A stretch of 64,000 bases of DNA, from NCBI GenBank assembly GCA_030390025.1, contig CM059431.1, positions 111,230,001 through 111,294,000 of the forward strand, in the 5' to 3' direction. Shown here piece after piece: positions 38,569 through 50,483 of this stretch (position 1 is the stretch's first letter; each line of letters starts with the position of its first letter). The translations under genes were made by a program, and so were the position numbers. This DNA comes from Squalus acanthias (Eukaryota). A model generated the notes under the pieces. The model saw only the letters and a list, made by a program, of their open reading frames with translations. It searched no databases and was not told the origin of the DNA.

Positions 38569-40340
38569 AGGCCACTATTTTGCTGACCTCGGCATGTCGG
38601 TGGCGGGTCCCGACCACGCTGCTGGCTCCATCCCGCTCTGTGAAATGACGTTCCGTTGATGGAGCTTGTTAAGCCCACCCAGCGCATTTCCCGGCCCAAT
38701 TAGAGGAAGCGGGTCTGGTGACGTCATTCATGACGCGTCATCAGCCGGTTTCCTTAAAGGGACCATGGCCAACTTTATCTTGACATTTGTGCTGTCAGTG
38801 TTCTACAGCATTGAGGTGCTGCAAACACTGACAAGCACTGCAAAGAGGTGCAAGGCTGCACCCAGGCTCTCCCATGACTCCCTCCATATGCTTATGGAGG
38901 GAGTCACAGCACGCAGGGAGGTCCTCTTCCCTTCCGATGGGTGGAAGAGACCTCCCCAGGAGACCTAAACAGCCTGATTGTGCATTGCAGAGGAGGTCAC
39001 AAGCAGGGGTGTGGTCAGGAGGACCTGGGTGCAGTGGCGCAAACCTTTCAATGATCTCAGTAAATCACAAAAAGTTAGTACAAAGCCACACTCAACCTCA
39101 TCCTGCTGTGCCTCTCATCACATCCCCATCACTCTGCCTTCCCTACCCTACTCCTGCACATCCTTATTCACACCAACTTACCTTGCACCTCCACCCATCC
39201 CTATCTACATTATCACATCCCCATCTCACTAGCCACCCCTCACACTCACCCTCATCCTAGTCCAATCATACCAACTAACAACACACAAGGCTAGCCACTT
39301 GGGTGTTTTATGCAATGTTCATGTAAAGTTTTTGTTAATGTGCTGTCAAACATTGAAACCTTTATTTTCAACACTTTCCATTCTTGGACAGATTTGTGTG
39401 CACCTTTGGAAGTGGCTTAGTGAGCTGCAGTGAATGGTGAGACATAACGGTATCCCCCGCAATGGTGATGAGTGTGAAAGGAATGGCTTGGATATTGTAG
39501 GGATGCTTTATGGTGTTGGTGTGGCGTGGTGCCAACCTGGCACATCATGTGGCAGCCAGGGTGTACAGCATGAAGTGAAGTAAATCTGGCCATGGTGAGG
39601 CCATCCCTGGCATCCCGGGCAGCAATGTGCTCGGGTGCTGATGCCCTCTGTCCTGTGCAGCATCAGGTGGTTGAGAAGAAGGCTGGCGGTGTTGTTGTTG
39701 GTGCTGCTGGTGTGCCTGGTTCTGCTGTTGTTGGGGCTGATCATGGTGGGATTCTGAGGACCAAGGTGAAACAGTATAAACGGTACCTATGCTGATGGAA
39801 TAGATGGCAGGTGAAGTTGAGATGACAGAAGCACGCTGTCAATTGTGAGAGAGGTTGTTCCAATGAGATGACACTGGATAGTGAGTTTGCTCCAAACACT
39901 TGCAGCCTGCACAAAGCTCAATCTGTCTTCCAAATGCAGTAAGCAACAACTTCTGAGCTTGGAAAGTGAACAGCTGTGAGATGGGAGCTTTTGTAGCACA
40001 TTTCAAGCTGTCAAGGAATCAGCTGATTCAATGGCCATTCAACTCCCGTCTCAGCTTACCAGACGTGATCCCCGAGCAACATGGACCCCATGGCAAGCAG
40101 TTAAACAGAAAAGGTAAGGTAAAATGTATTCTCAATGATCTCTCAACAAGGCAATAATCAGCTTAATTGGGTCCCCCGCCGTTGCCTGTCGGGTCTGCTC
40201 AGCGCTGACAGACCCGACATTGGGAAAGGCATGTGGCGGCGGGTTGACAGCGGGGTCCCGACCCGCTAGTTAAAAAAAAACACTTTCCCACCCGACCCAC
40301 CACCGATCCCGCCCGCTGACCCCCAGTAAAATTCCGGCCT
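38569..40340 (+). mobile_element. Harbinger deletion derivative with Myb/SANT-like ORF relic
   Basis: Subterminal inverted repeats (GTCGGTGGCGGGTC/GACCCACCACCGA); AAAATTCCGGCCT end; Myb-like peptide inside. Confidence 0.75.
38840..39062 (+). pseudogene. Harbinger Myb/SANT-like DNA-binding domain relic
   Basis: APRLSHDSLHMLMEGVTARREVLFPSDG.KRPP...IAEEVTSRGVVRRTWVQWRKPFNDL, split by a stop and frameshift. Confidence 0.75.
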
Positions 40341-40479
40341 TAGTGTCTTCTCAGCTGCAGGCTTTAGTGTACCTTGGCAAATTTACTTCTGCATCAGCTT
40401 CAGAAGATCCACGAGCACAGTTCTTGTGTAATATAAAAGCAGCTTATATTGAAGTACCACAGAGTTACTTACCACTGTG

Positions 40480-41022
40480 CACAGTTCTGGTCTTCATATT
40501 ACAAATAGGATACAGAGGCACAGGAGAAGGTGCAAAAAAAGATTTACAAGAATGATACCAGAAGTGAGAGGTTACAACTATCAGGAAGACTGAAGAGACT
40601 GGGGCCCTTTTCTCTAGAAAAGAGAAGGTTGAGGGGTGACCTCAGAGGTTTTTAAAATTATGAAGGGGCTCGATAGGGTAGACATAGAGAAGATGTTTCC
40701 ACCTGTGCGGGAGTCCAAAACTAGGGGTCATAAATATAAGATAGTCACTAATAAATCCAATAAGGAATTCAGGAGAAACTTCTTCACCCAGATAGAGGTT
40801 AGAGTGTGGTACTCGCTACCACACGGAGTTGGTGAAGTGAATACAGAGGTGCATTTAAGGGGAAGCTAGAGAAGTACTTGAGGGAGAAAGGAATAGAAGG
40901 ATATGCTGAAAGGGGTGGCTAAAGTAAAGTGGGAGGAGGCTCGTGTGGAGTGTGAACACCGGCATAGACCAGTTGGGCTGAATGGCCTGTTTCTGTGCTG
41001 TACATTCTATGTAATTTTATGT
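40480..41022 (+). mobile_element. CR1 LINE 3' fragment
   Basis: EVFKIMKGLDRVD...TRGHKYKI...RRNFFTQ plus 3' UTR and ATTCTATGT tail. Confidence 0.9.
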
Positions 41023-41932
41023 ACGTCTGGGGGTAGTGCTATAATATAAACGGGGTCGTAAACAGGCTATTTAACAACCCAGAACAAAGTACTTGAATCT
41101 TTTATCTAAACATACAAATATCAATGTAGGATGCCACATTTTTAATGCCAACCCCAATTTGCCAAAATCGTTTATGGCGTTAAGTGGATTGTGACAAAAA
41201 AGACTAGCTTTAGGCAGATACAATCATTATCAACTTTAAACAACTAATAATTTGGACTGCAGTATACATCATAAGTGTAATTGAGGTCTGGTTTTTTACC
41301 ACATGCTGTGTATTAATCATGCAACTGTGTAATTTAGCTTACTGTATCCAAACTGATGAAAATTAAGTTTAGTGTTTCCACTAACACCGCTTTTGGGTAC
41401 ATTCCAAAATGGTGACAAATCCTTTGTGGAGCTGCCGCAGACTAAGTGCTAATACAGTCCTAGACACCGCCTGATTTACCAGGCATGGCCTTTTAAAAAT
41501 TAAAATTACATCAGGACTGAAAATACTAATTATATAAAGTAATAATACAATTTTATGCCGGATACCATTGTTATTTGACCATATTTCACTTTGAACTTAT
41601 GAAGGGTGGTTGCGAATAAATCAGGGAGCCATTCAGCAGGCTAATTATAACCCTATTCATATGTTAATATGATAGAAGACTATTCAGTAAGCTATTTATA
41701 ATGCAATTTATTCCTTGACTGATGTGAAACCTACTTTGTATTTTTATTATTTATCCTCATCAATTTTCTAGGCTCTCTTCCCTTCCTCGCCTGAAGGCCT
41801 TTATTTCTTGCTGGGCTACAGCTCCACAGGTGCTGCACATTCTCTGGTACCTCTGCTTAAGTGGTTAGTGTTCTGGTGTGAGCCATGACTGTGAATATCA
41901 GTAGGCTATTCCACTGGGATGGGAGTGTATAC

Positions 41933-42760
41933 AATTTTTTTTATTCATTCACGGGATGTGGGCGTTGCTGGCAAGGCCAGCATTTATTGCCCATCCCTAA
42001 TTGCCCTTGAGAAGGTGGTGGTGAGCCGCATTCTTGAACCGCTGCAGTCCGTGTGGTGAAGGTACTCCCACAGTGCTGTTAGGGAGGGAGTTCAAGAGTT
42101 TTCACCCAGCAACTATGAAGGAACGACGATATATTTCCAAGTTAGAACGGTGTATGACTTGGAGGGAAACTTGCAGCTGGTGGTGTTCCCTTGTGGCTGC
42201 TGCCTTTGTCCTTCTAGATGGTAGAGGTCATGCGTCTGGGAGGTGCTGTTGAAGAAGACTTGATGAGATGCAGTGCATCTTGTTGATGGTACACACTGCA
42301 GCCACGGTGCGCTGGTGGTGGAGGGAGTGAATGTTTAAGGTGGTGGATGGGGTGCCAATCAAGCGGGCTGCTTTGTCCTGGATGGTGTCGAGCTTTTTGA
42401 GTGTTGTTGGAGCTGTACTCATCCAGGCAAGTGGAGAATATTCCATCACACTCCTTGTAGATGGTGGAAAGGCTTTAGGGAGTCAGGAGGTGAGTCACTC
42501 GCCGCAGAATACCCAGCTTCTGACCTGATCTTGTAGCTACAATATTTATGTGGCTGGTCCAGTTAAATTTCTGGTCAATGGTGACCCCCAGGATGTTGAT
42601 GGTGGGGGATTTGATGATGGTAATGCCATTGAATATCATGGGAAGGTAGTTAGACTCTCTCTTGTTGGAGATAGTCATTGCCTGGCACTTGTGTGGCACG
42701 AATGTTACTTGCCATTTATCCGCCCAAGCCTGAATGTTGTCCAGGTCTTGCTGCATGCGA
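41933..42760 (-). mobile_element. LINE family B 3' fragment
   Basis: MQQDLDNIQAWADKWQVTF..., MEYSPLAWM...; tail appears as poly-T at 41934. Confidence 0.88.
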
Positions 42761-43079
42761 GCACAATCCTATCCTCTCCTAACGCCCACACACAAGCATC
42801 TCCAGAAGGAGCGGTTGCTGGATAGACTGATTATCTCCTTTCTAATCCATGGAACTGAGGCCAATTCAGTCCCCTCAACTGCTGCCTCCCTGGTCTGTAC
42901 GACTCAGGTACTCACTCAAAAATATGTTTGTGCATTGAAGTTCTGGATATTGTGGCCTGCTGAGACATACACGATCTTATTAAAAGGGTAATTCTATCCA
43001 ATTTTATGAAAATAAAGTAACAACAACATCACCAACTTGCATTTATATAGCACCTTTAACGCAGTCACATAATAAAAGG

Positions 43080-43514
43080 TGTCAACTGTGGCACTCTCAC
43101 CTCTGAGCCAGAAGGTTGTGGGTTCAAATCCCATTCCAGAGACTTGAGCACAAAATCTAAACTGACACTCTGTGGCAGTACTGAGGGAGTGCTGCACTGT
43201 CAGATAGTGCTGTCCTTCAGATGAGATGTTTAACAGTCTGCCCTCTCAGGTGAATGTAAAAGATGCCATGCACCATTTTGAAGAAGAGCAGGGGAGTTCT
43301 CCCCGGTGTCCTGGTTAATATTTATCCCTCAACCAACATCACGAAAACAGATTATCTGATCATTATCACATTGCTGTCTGTGGGACCTTGCTGTGTACAT
43401 TATTGTCTGCCGCGTTTCCCACATTACAACAGAATTGCTTCATTGGCTGTAAAGCGCTTTGGGACATCCTGAGGTTGTGAAAGGCGCTATATAAATGCAA
43501 ATCTTTCTTTCTTT
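43080..43514 (+). mobile_element. tRNA-derived SINE (DeuSINE-like)
   Basis: Same family as 36033-36502; an opposite-strand tail fragment lies at 43019-43070. Confidence 0.82.
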
Positions 43515-45293
43515 AAATTGGCCCAAGGCGTTTCCCAGAAGCTTTTTTTCTTTAGGAGCACGGTTTCCAATGGAGATACCCTATCGTATCCTTTAAATAG
43601 CCTGATGCCATGCCACAGTATAATGACTTCCTAACTGATATCAATAAAACCATTTTTAATATGGAGTCCTTTGCAAAGCAGTGAGGGGGTTTTAAAAACA
43701 AGAATGCCCTTCATCGTGCTCCTTCCCTCTTACAGGATTGCAAACCTGGATTGGAGCTGACTTTCCTGTCTAATGGAATATTAGTAACAACAGTTTCTTA
43801 ATTTGACACAGCATGACTAATCTCGATGGCTAAAACAGAAATGTCTTCTCTTTTTGGATTAATTGCTTCTAATCAAAAAATTTAGTTATTGTGAAAGTTT
43901 ACACCTTCCCCAAATAAGTCGTCATTCTTTGCCATATTTGTGGCATTCATTCAATGCGGAATTATGGTCTGGAGAAAAGAAAATGACAGAATAGAAACAA
44001 GCAACATAATTGTTTTCATTTTAGAAGGAAGCAGTAGAATATTGGAATCCCAACCTAAAGCTTTATAAACTTGAACCTTAGCTTTGCCTAACGCAGTCTA
44101 ATCCATCATTTGACAAGCTTTCCAATTTCTTGCTAGTAATCTTGCATTCCCTTTCGGAGATGAAAAAGTAACAACCAGTAGTACTCTTAGACACCAATGA
44201 TGGTGCAGTGTGGCACAGCATGTGTGAGCTCAATAGTCAGCCAGTAACACCCTGATCACTGAAGGACAAGCTGTCGCAGAAGGAGCCCAGCAAATGATGT
44301 ACATAAAGGAGGTGGAGGACCAAGAGTACAAAAGGAAGAGAAACAGGGATGAAAAAAAAGGAATAACCAAATTAGAATATGAAAGAAGAAATCAAATCTA
44401 AACTCAAATGAAAGCAGGTATGAAAAATATTTGAAGTGATTTTTTTTTTCAAAACTGAGTAATTAGAAAGAAGAAATGTAGGAAAAGATAGGTTTCAAGA
44501 TTAGGAAAGCTTATGAGAGGGTAAATAGTGATAGACTGTTTCTATTGGTTGGTGAGACAGTAATGAGCGTGTATAAATTTAAGATAACCACAAGGAATTA
44601 AAGGGAAGGTTAGAAAAATGTTCTTTACACAGAGAATGGTTAGGATCTGGACTGAAAGTAAGGCAGAGAAGAATTCATGTCCACCCGACGTGATGAGCAC
44701 AGGCCGCACTGTAATTTCTGAGGTCGCCTTCATTAAAATATTTTGAAGTGAGCTCCAGCATCCGATATGCCTCTGATTGGGAGCATGCCTGTTGGGTTCA
44801 GGAAAAGGTGTGCAGCAGATTAAAGGTGCTGTTTCTGTGCAAGGGAAGAAGGTCTGAGATTGCAGAATGGCTGCCAGGTCTGCAGGAGGGCAGTGGGACC
44901 CCACTATTGGGGAAGTGGAACCCCATTTTTGGGGCAATGGGAATACTGCTACCGAAGTAAGGCAGAGGAAGGCGATACTCTTTGGCAACCAGTGTTCCAG
45001 AGTCCCAAGGAGAGCTGCCTAGCAGCTAAGGCAGAAGATTATCAGGACAGTAATTGCCAACTCAACCATCTCCTGCTCACCCAGGGTGTACTAGAAATGT
45101 TTAGTGACCTATCAGGTCAGCCAAGATACGCAAAGCCAACAACAGCTTCCAAGATTACACTGTACTAAGTATTTCTCCCCGTCACACTATCAAAGTGCTT
45201 TCATAGATTACCATCAATGCCAATTAGTCTGCGCCATGCCCTTGATGTGCTGAGCCTTCACTGGGAAGTGTCCCTTCACTCACATCCTTCTTG

Positions 45294-45468
45294 TGTCAGC
45301 CATGGCTCAGTGGTAGCACTCTCATCTCTGAGTCAGAAGGTTGTGGGCTCGGAGTTCCACTCCAGAGACTTGAGCAAACAATCTAGACGGACACTTCAGA
45401 GCAGTACTGAGGGATTGCTGCACTGTCGGAGGTTGAGACATTCAACCAAGGCCCCTCTGTCCTCTCAG
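45294..45468 (+). mobile_element. SINE 5' fragment
   Basis: GTGTCAGCCATGGCTCAGTGGTAGCACTCTC...TCAGAAGGTTGTGGG head. Confidence 0.75.
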
Positions 45469-45889
45469 CTTCCTCGTGTATTCCTGTTACCTGGGATTCC
45501 TACAAGGATAGGATTGCAAAATCATACGTAACACATTGGCAGCAAGGAGCAACATGGCAGTAAGTAGCATGAGGTGCACACAAAATTATGGCAGCACTAA
45601 AATTGTTGTGCTTGCAGGCATTGTTATTAGAAAGGGTTTGAATTAGCTCTCATCAGGTGCTATGACTAGGAGCTTGTGAGTTTTAAATCTTTATGGAGGC
45701 AAGAAGAAAAATGCAGGCAGGATTGTTTAACGCAATGGGGAGATGTGGAAGACAAGAGAAGGCTGCCAGTGTATAAATGGCACAAATATCTACTGCAGCT
45801 GGCTATGGGTTGTCCTATGCAGTCTCTTCATGCAGCTCATCTTCCTGATCCTCTTGCTGTCTGAAGTGAACTTTCTCCTCCAGGACTTC

Positions 45890-46730
45890 CATGTTGTCTT
45901 TGTAAGCAAAGTTGTGCACCATGCAAAACATAACCACAATCCTTGAGACCCCAGCTAGACTATATTGTAGGATGACCCCAAATTGATCCAGGCACCTGTA
46001 TCAAGCCTTCAACATGTCAATAGTGAGTTCAATTATTACCCCGGTGCGTGAATGGACCTTATTGTACCATTGCTCAGCTTGTCATGGGATACTGCACAGG
46101 TGTGATGAACTTGATCTCCCAGGAACCGCTATGAGACTTACATTTCTAGGGTCAAAGAGTGAACTGCCTCAAAATCAAGGCATTGTGGCAGCTTACAGGG
46201 ATGTGAAAATGATACACTGCTGGTGGCTGCAATCAAGCTAAACATTAAGAGAGTGGAATCCTTTACTGTTGACATAGGTAGCAGCATTGAGCAAGGTAGC
46301 ATCTGGGGCCATGTGATTGCAATCTATAACTCTTTGGATTCGGGAAAATCCGGCTACTCTGTAAAATTACAGTGCCCTGTCCAACGTTCCCGCTAAGCTG
46401 TGTGACCACGCGGCCATGCAGCAGTCTGGAGGTCCCGCGTACTCTGCTCACCGGCTTCTACAGGGAAGAAACCGTGCATGTGCAAAAATTTGAATGGGCC
46501 GTGCAACAGTTAAAGGGACCATGCACTAAAAAAAAATTGGGGGGAAACATTGGCCCTGTCATGTTGCTGCTGATTGTCCATGGGCAAGAAGATGAACACA
46601 TTGCTCTAGCAAATAGTACATCAGTGCCTTGTTTAATGCATCTCTGTACTGCTGATTGGCAAATGCGACTGACATCCCCAGTGGTAGCCTGGAATGATCC
46701 CACAGCAAGAGCAGTGTGGCCTGAACAGCT
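45890..46730 (-). pseudogene. Harbinger (HARBI1-like DDE) transposase relic
   Basis: Minus-strand peptides GSFQATTGDVSRICQSAVQRCIKQGTDVLFARA and YNKVHSRTGVIIELTIDMLKA*YRCLDQFGVILQYSL...RIVVMFCMVHNF; stops present. Confidence 0.75.
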
Positions 46731-47321
46731 ATTGGCAGAGGAGAGCAAGACCTGGTAGAACTTCATGCGGCCCAGTTAGATCTGGTAAATGGTGGGTAAG
46801 CCAATTATGTGCCAGGCATGCTCAAGTTTGTGCTCCTTTGACTTGAGGGAGCAATGGTGGGGGCCATACTAAGGTGAATGACAGGAAGAAGAGATGATGA
46901 AGCTTTTGCTGGGGATAAGGCCATCAAAAATGAAGGTGAGGAGGTGGTTGAGCAAATTAACAGCTATAACATGGCAAATGAAATGCCAAATGCTAGTCAC
47001 TTTAGGTCACTTGGGGCAGATGTGGAAGAAAGTGGGTTGAACCATGGTAGGTGGATATGGATGGTGAGAGATACAAAGAAATGATCACATTAACAACATG
47101 AGCTGAAAGCTGGCATGCCTCGAGAGACTTAAAATTAGTTCCTGTCCCCCTCATGAAATAATGGATACATATCAACTTCCAACACAGAAGTTAATGTTAT
47201 GTCAATTAAGTTCTTTGAAAAGGGTTTGGTTAAATATCTGGTTAAGAACAAGATTGAAAATTACAACGATAAACATAAAATACAGACCTGAGCCATATTT
47301 GTCCAGTAGTAAGATAGTTTA

Positions 47322-47444
47322 GCAAAATACTGCAGATGCTGGAATTCTGAAATAACAGCAGAAAATGCTGGAAACACTAGATTTCTCTCTCCACGGATGC
47401 TGCCTGGCCTGCTGAGTGTTTATCAGCATTTTCTGTTGTTATTT
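47322..47444 (+). mobile_element. Minimal Penelope-like insertion made of two inverted terminal pieces
   Basis: 15-bp TSD TAGTAAGATAGTTTA (47307-47321, 47445-47459). Confidence 0.8.
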
Positions 47445-48043
47445 TAGTAAGATAGTTTATTTATTTCTTCATTAACTTTGTAGGACTAACTTTGATTATA
47501 ACGTATAGATGTTCGAGGGGTGACTCTGCAATCCTGCACTCTCAGCGGGTAGCCGTGTTTGCAGTGATCACAATTCAGAGAATCAAGGCTCCAAAGAAGT
47601 ATGATTTCCCCACTGAATGCTGGGATTCCTGCTGGAAGTATTCAACTTCGCCTGAACCCAGAAAATCAGCCAGAATCAGGAGCACAATTTTTTTTGGACA
47701 GAACCAAACCACCATCTGCTGAGTTTACGCTAGGAGCAGGAAACACCTGGCTTCCATGCCTTCAATGTTACTGAAACATGGGAATTATATGTTGACCCAC
47801 TATACTGGTTGTTCAGTTGTAGGAAGTATCAAAAATGCAAGGTTCAGGAGGCGGTTTTGCATGTTTTACATTTCATTGCTGCATTCTGTGTGCAAAGTGT
47901 GAACTTGTCCATTGATTGACAAGTGGAGATCTGTTGAGCAGTTGTTTTCACAATGGAGCATTTCATAGGCCAGGCTGTAACCTTTAACTCTTTCAACTTT
48001 TTTTTGTACTTGGCTCTTCTACTGTGGGGATATATTGATCAAA

Positions 48044-50483
48044 TTACGGCATCTCTGAGATCCCCTGGCATGCTCGCCTCCTTCCATATAAGAGAAATGA
48101 GTTCATGAATTCGCGCCAGTAGTGCTTCTCCGCCATGCTTTAGTGCCACGGCGGGGATTCCATCTGCTCCTGAGGCCTTGTTGTTCTTCAGTTGTCGGAT
48201 GGCCTTTTCAACCTCATGCCGGGCTGGGGTTGTGCTGAGATGGTGGCGGGTAGCATGCTGCGGGATGGAGTTGACGACACTCGCGTCGAAGACAGAGTCG
48301 CGGTTAAGGAGATCTTCGAAGTGCTCCTTCCAGCGGGCACTGACTGCCTCTCTGTCCTTGATGAGTACCTCTCCGTTCTTGGCCCGCAGTGGGGTAGGGC
48401 TTTGGTGCTTGGGCCGTAGATGGTCTTGACTGCGCTAAAGAATCCACGCACATCATGGTTGTCGGCTAGCTGCTGGATCTCCTGCGCTTTCTCCACCCAC
48501 CATCTGTTCTTTAGGTCGCGAGTTTTTTGTTGGACCTCGGCCTTCAGGCGTCTGTAGAGCTGCTTTCTTACTCTCGAGTTCTGTCGCTGTTTCCAGATCA
48601 GGAATGCCTTGCGCTTGCAGCTTATTAGCTACTGGATCTCCTGGTCATTCTCATCGAACCAGTCTTGGTGTTTCCTGGTCGACTGACCGAGCGTCTCTTC
48701 ACAGGTGCTGATTATGGAGGCCTTGAGTGCAGACCAGGTGCTGTGGACACTCTGTGTCTCTGCATCACTGGGAGTCGTCAGGTTGTTTGTGAGGCGCAGG
48801 CTGAATAGGGCTTTCTTAGCGGGGTCTTTGAGTGCTCCAGCGTTAATTTTCCTGCGGCATTGTTTCTGTTGCCGCCGCTGTTTTGGGGCAACATTGATGG
48901 AGACAAGTCCGATTGCGGTAATTACAGAGGAGTTTCCCTGCTGTCTGCCACAGGGAAAGTCATCGCAAGAATCCTCCTCAATCGCCTTCTCCCAGTGGCC
49001 AAAGAGCTCCTCCCAGAGTCGCAATGCGGATTCCGCCCACTAAGGGGCACAATGGACATGATCTTCATCGCACGTCAATTACAAGAGAAATGCAGGGAAC
49101 AGCACCAACCGCTGTACATGGCCTTCTTTGATCTCACAAAGGCCTTCGACACTGTCAACCGTGAGGGATTATGGAGTGTCCTCCGCAAATTCGGCTGCCC
49201 TCAAAAGTTTGTCACCATCCTCCGCCAGCTTCACGATGACATGCGAGCCGTGATCCTGAACAACGGTTCCACCACAGACCCAATTCACGTACGAACCGGG
49301 GTCAAGCAAGGCTGTCTCATCGCACCAACACTCTTCTCGATCTTCCTTGCTGCAATGCTCCATCTCACCCTCAGTAAGCTGCCCGCTGGAGTGGAGCTAA
49401 TTTACAGAACAAACGGGAAACTGTTCAACCTCCGTCGCCTCCAGTCCAGATCCAAGGTCGTCCCATCCTCTGTCGTCGAATTACAGTATGCAGACGATCT
49501 TGCGTCTGCGCTCACTCGGAGGTCGAACTCCAAACCATCGTCAACACCTTCACTGAAGCATACGAGAGCATGGGTCTTACACTAAACATCCGTAAGACAA
49601 AGGTCCTCTACCAACCTGTCCCCGCCATACAGTACTGCCCCCCGATTATCAAAATCCACGACAAGGCCTTGGACAACGTGGACCACTTTCCATACCTCGG
49701 GAGCCTACTGTCAACAAGGGCAGACATCGACGACGAAGTCCAACACCGCCTTCAGTGTGCCAGTGCAGCCTTCGGTCGCCTGAGGAAGAGAGTGTTTGAA
49801 GACCAGAACCTCAAACCCGGCACTAAGCTCATGGTCTACAGAGCAGCAGTGATACCCACCCTGCTGTATGCCTCAGAGACATGGACCATGTACAGCAGGC
49901 ACCTCAAAGCACTGGAGAGGTACCATCAACGCTGCCTCCGCAAGATCCTGCAAATCCATTGGCAGGATAGGCGCACCAACGTCAGTGTTCTTGCTCAGGC
50001 CAACATCCCCAGCATTGAAGCTTTGACCACGCTCGATCAGCTCCGATGGACGGGTCACATTGTCCGCATGCCCGATACGAGACTCCCAAAACAAGCGCTC
50101 TACTCGGAGCTCCGGCACGGCAAGAGAGCCCCAGGTGGGCAGAGGAAACGCTTCAAGGACACCCTCAAAGCCTGCTTGAAAAAGTGTAACATCCCACCGA
50201 CACCTGGGAATCCCTGGCCCAAGACCGCACAAAGTGGAGGAGAAGCATCCGGGAAGGCGCCGAACACCTTGAGTCTCTTCGCCGGGAGCAAGCGGAAGCC
50301 AAGCGCAGGCAGCGCAAGGAGCGCACGTCAACCCAAGCACCCCACCCACCTGCCCCTTCAACCACCGTCTGCCCCACCTGTGACAGAGACTGTAGGTCCC
50401 GCATTGGACTCATTAGTCACCTGCGAACTAATTTTTAATGTGGAAGCAAGTCATCCTCGGTTCCGAGGGACTGCCTAAGAAGG
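48044..50483 (+). mobile_element. RTE-clade LINE, 5'-truncated with a 5' inversion
   Basis: NYRGVSLL, DLTKAFDTV, GVKQGC, QYADD and a C-terminal C2H2-like motif; 48044-48898 inverted; 12-bp TSD ATATTGATCAAA (48032-48043, 50484-50495). Confidence 0.92.

Noticed and set aside
45890..46766. Functional HARBI1 gene
   Set aside because: In-frame stops, frameshifts and interruptions.
48629..49585. Novel bidirectional fusion ORFs
   Set aside because: These are read-through across the RTE inversion junction.
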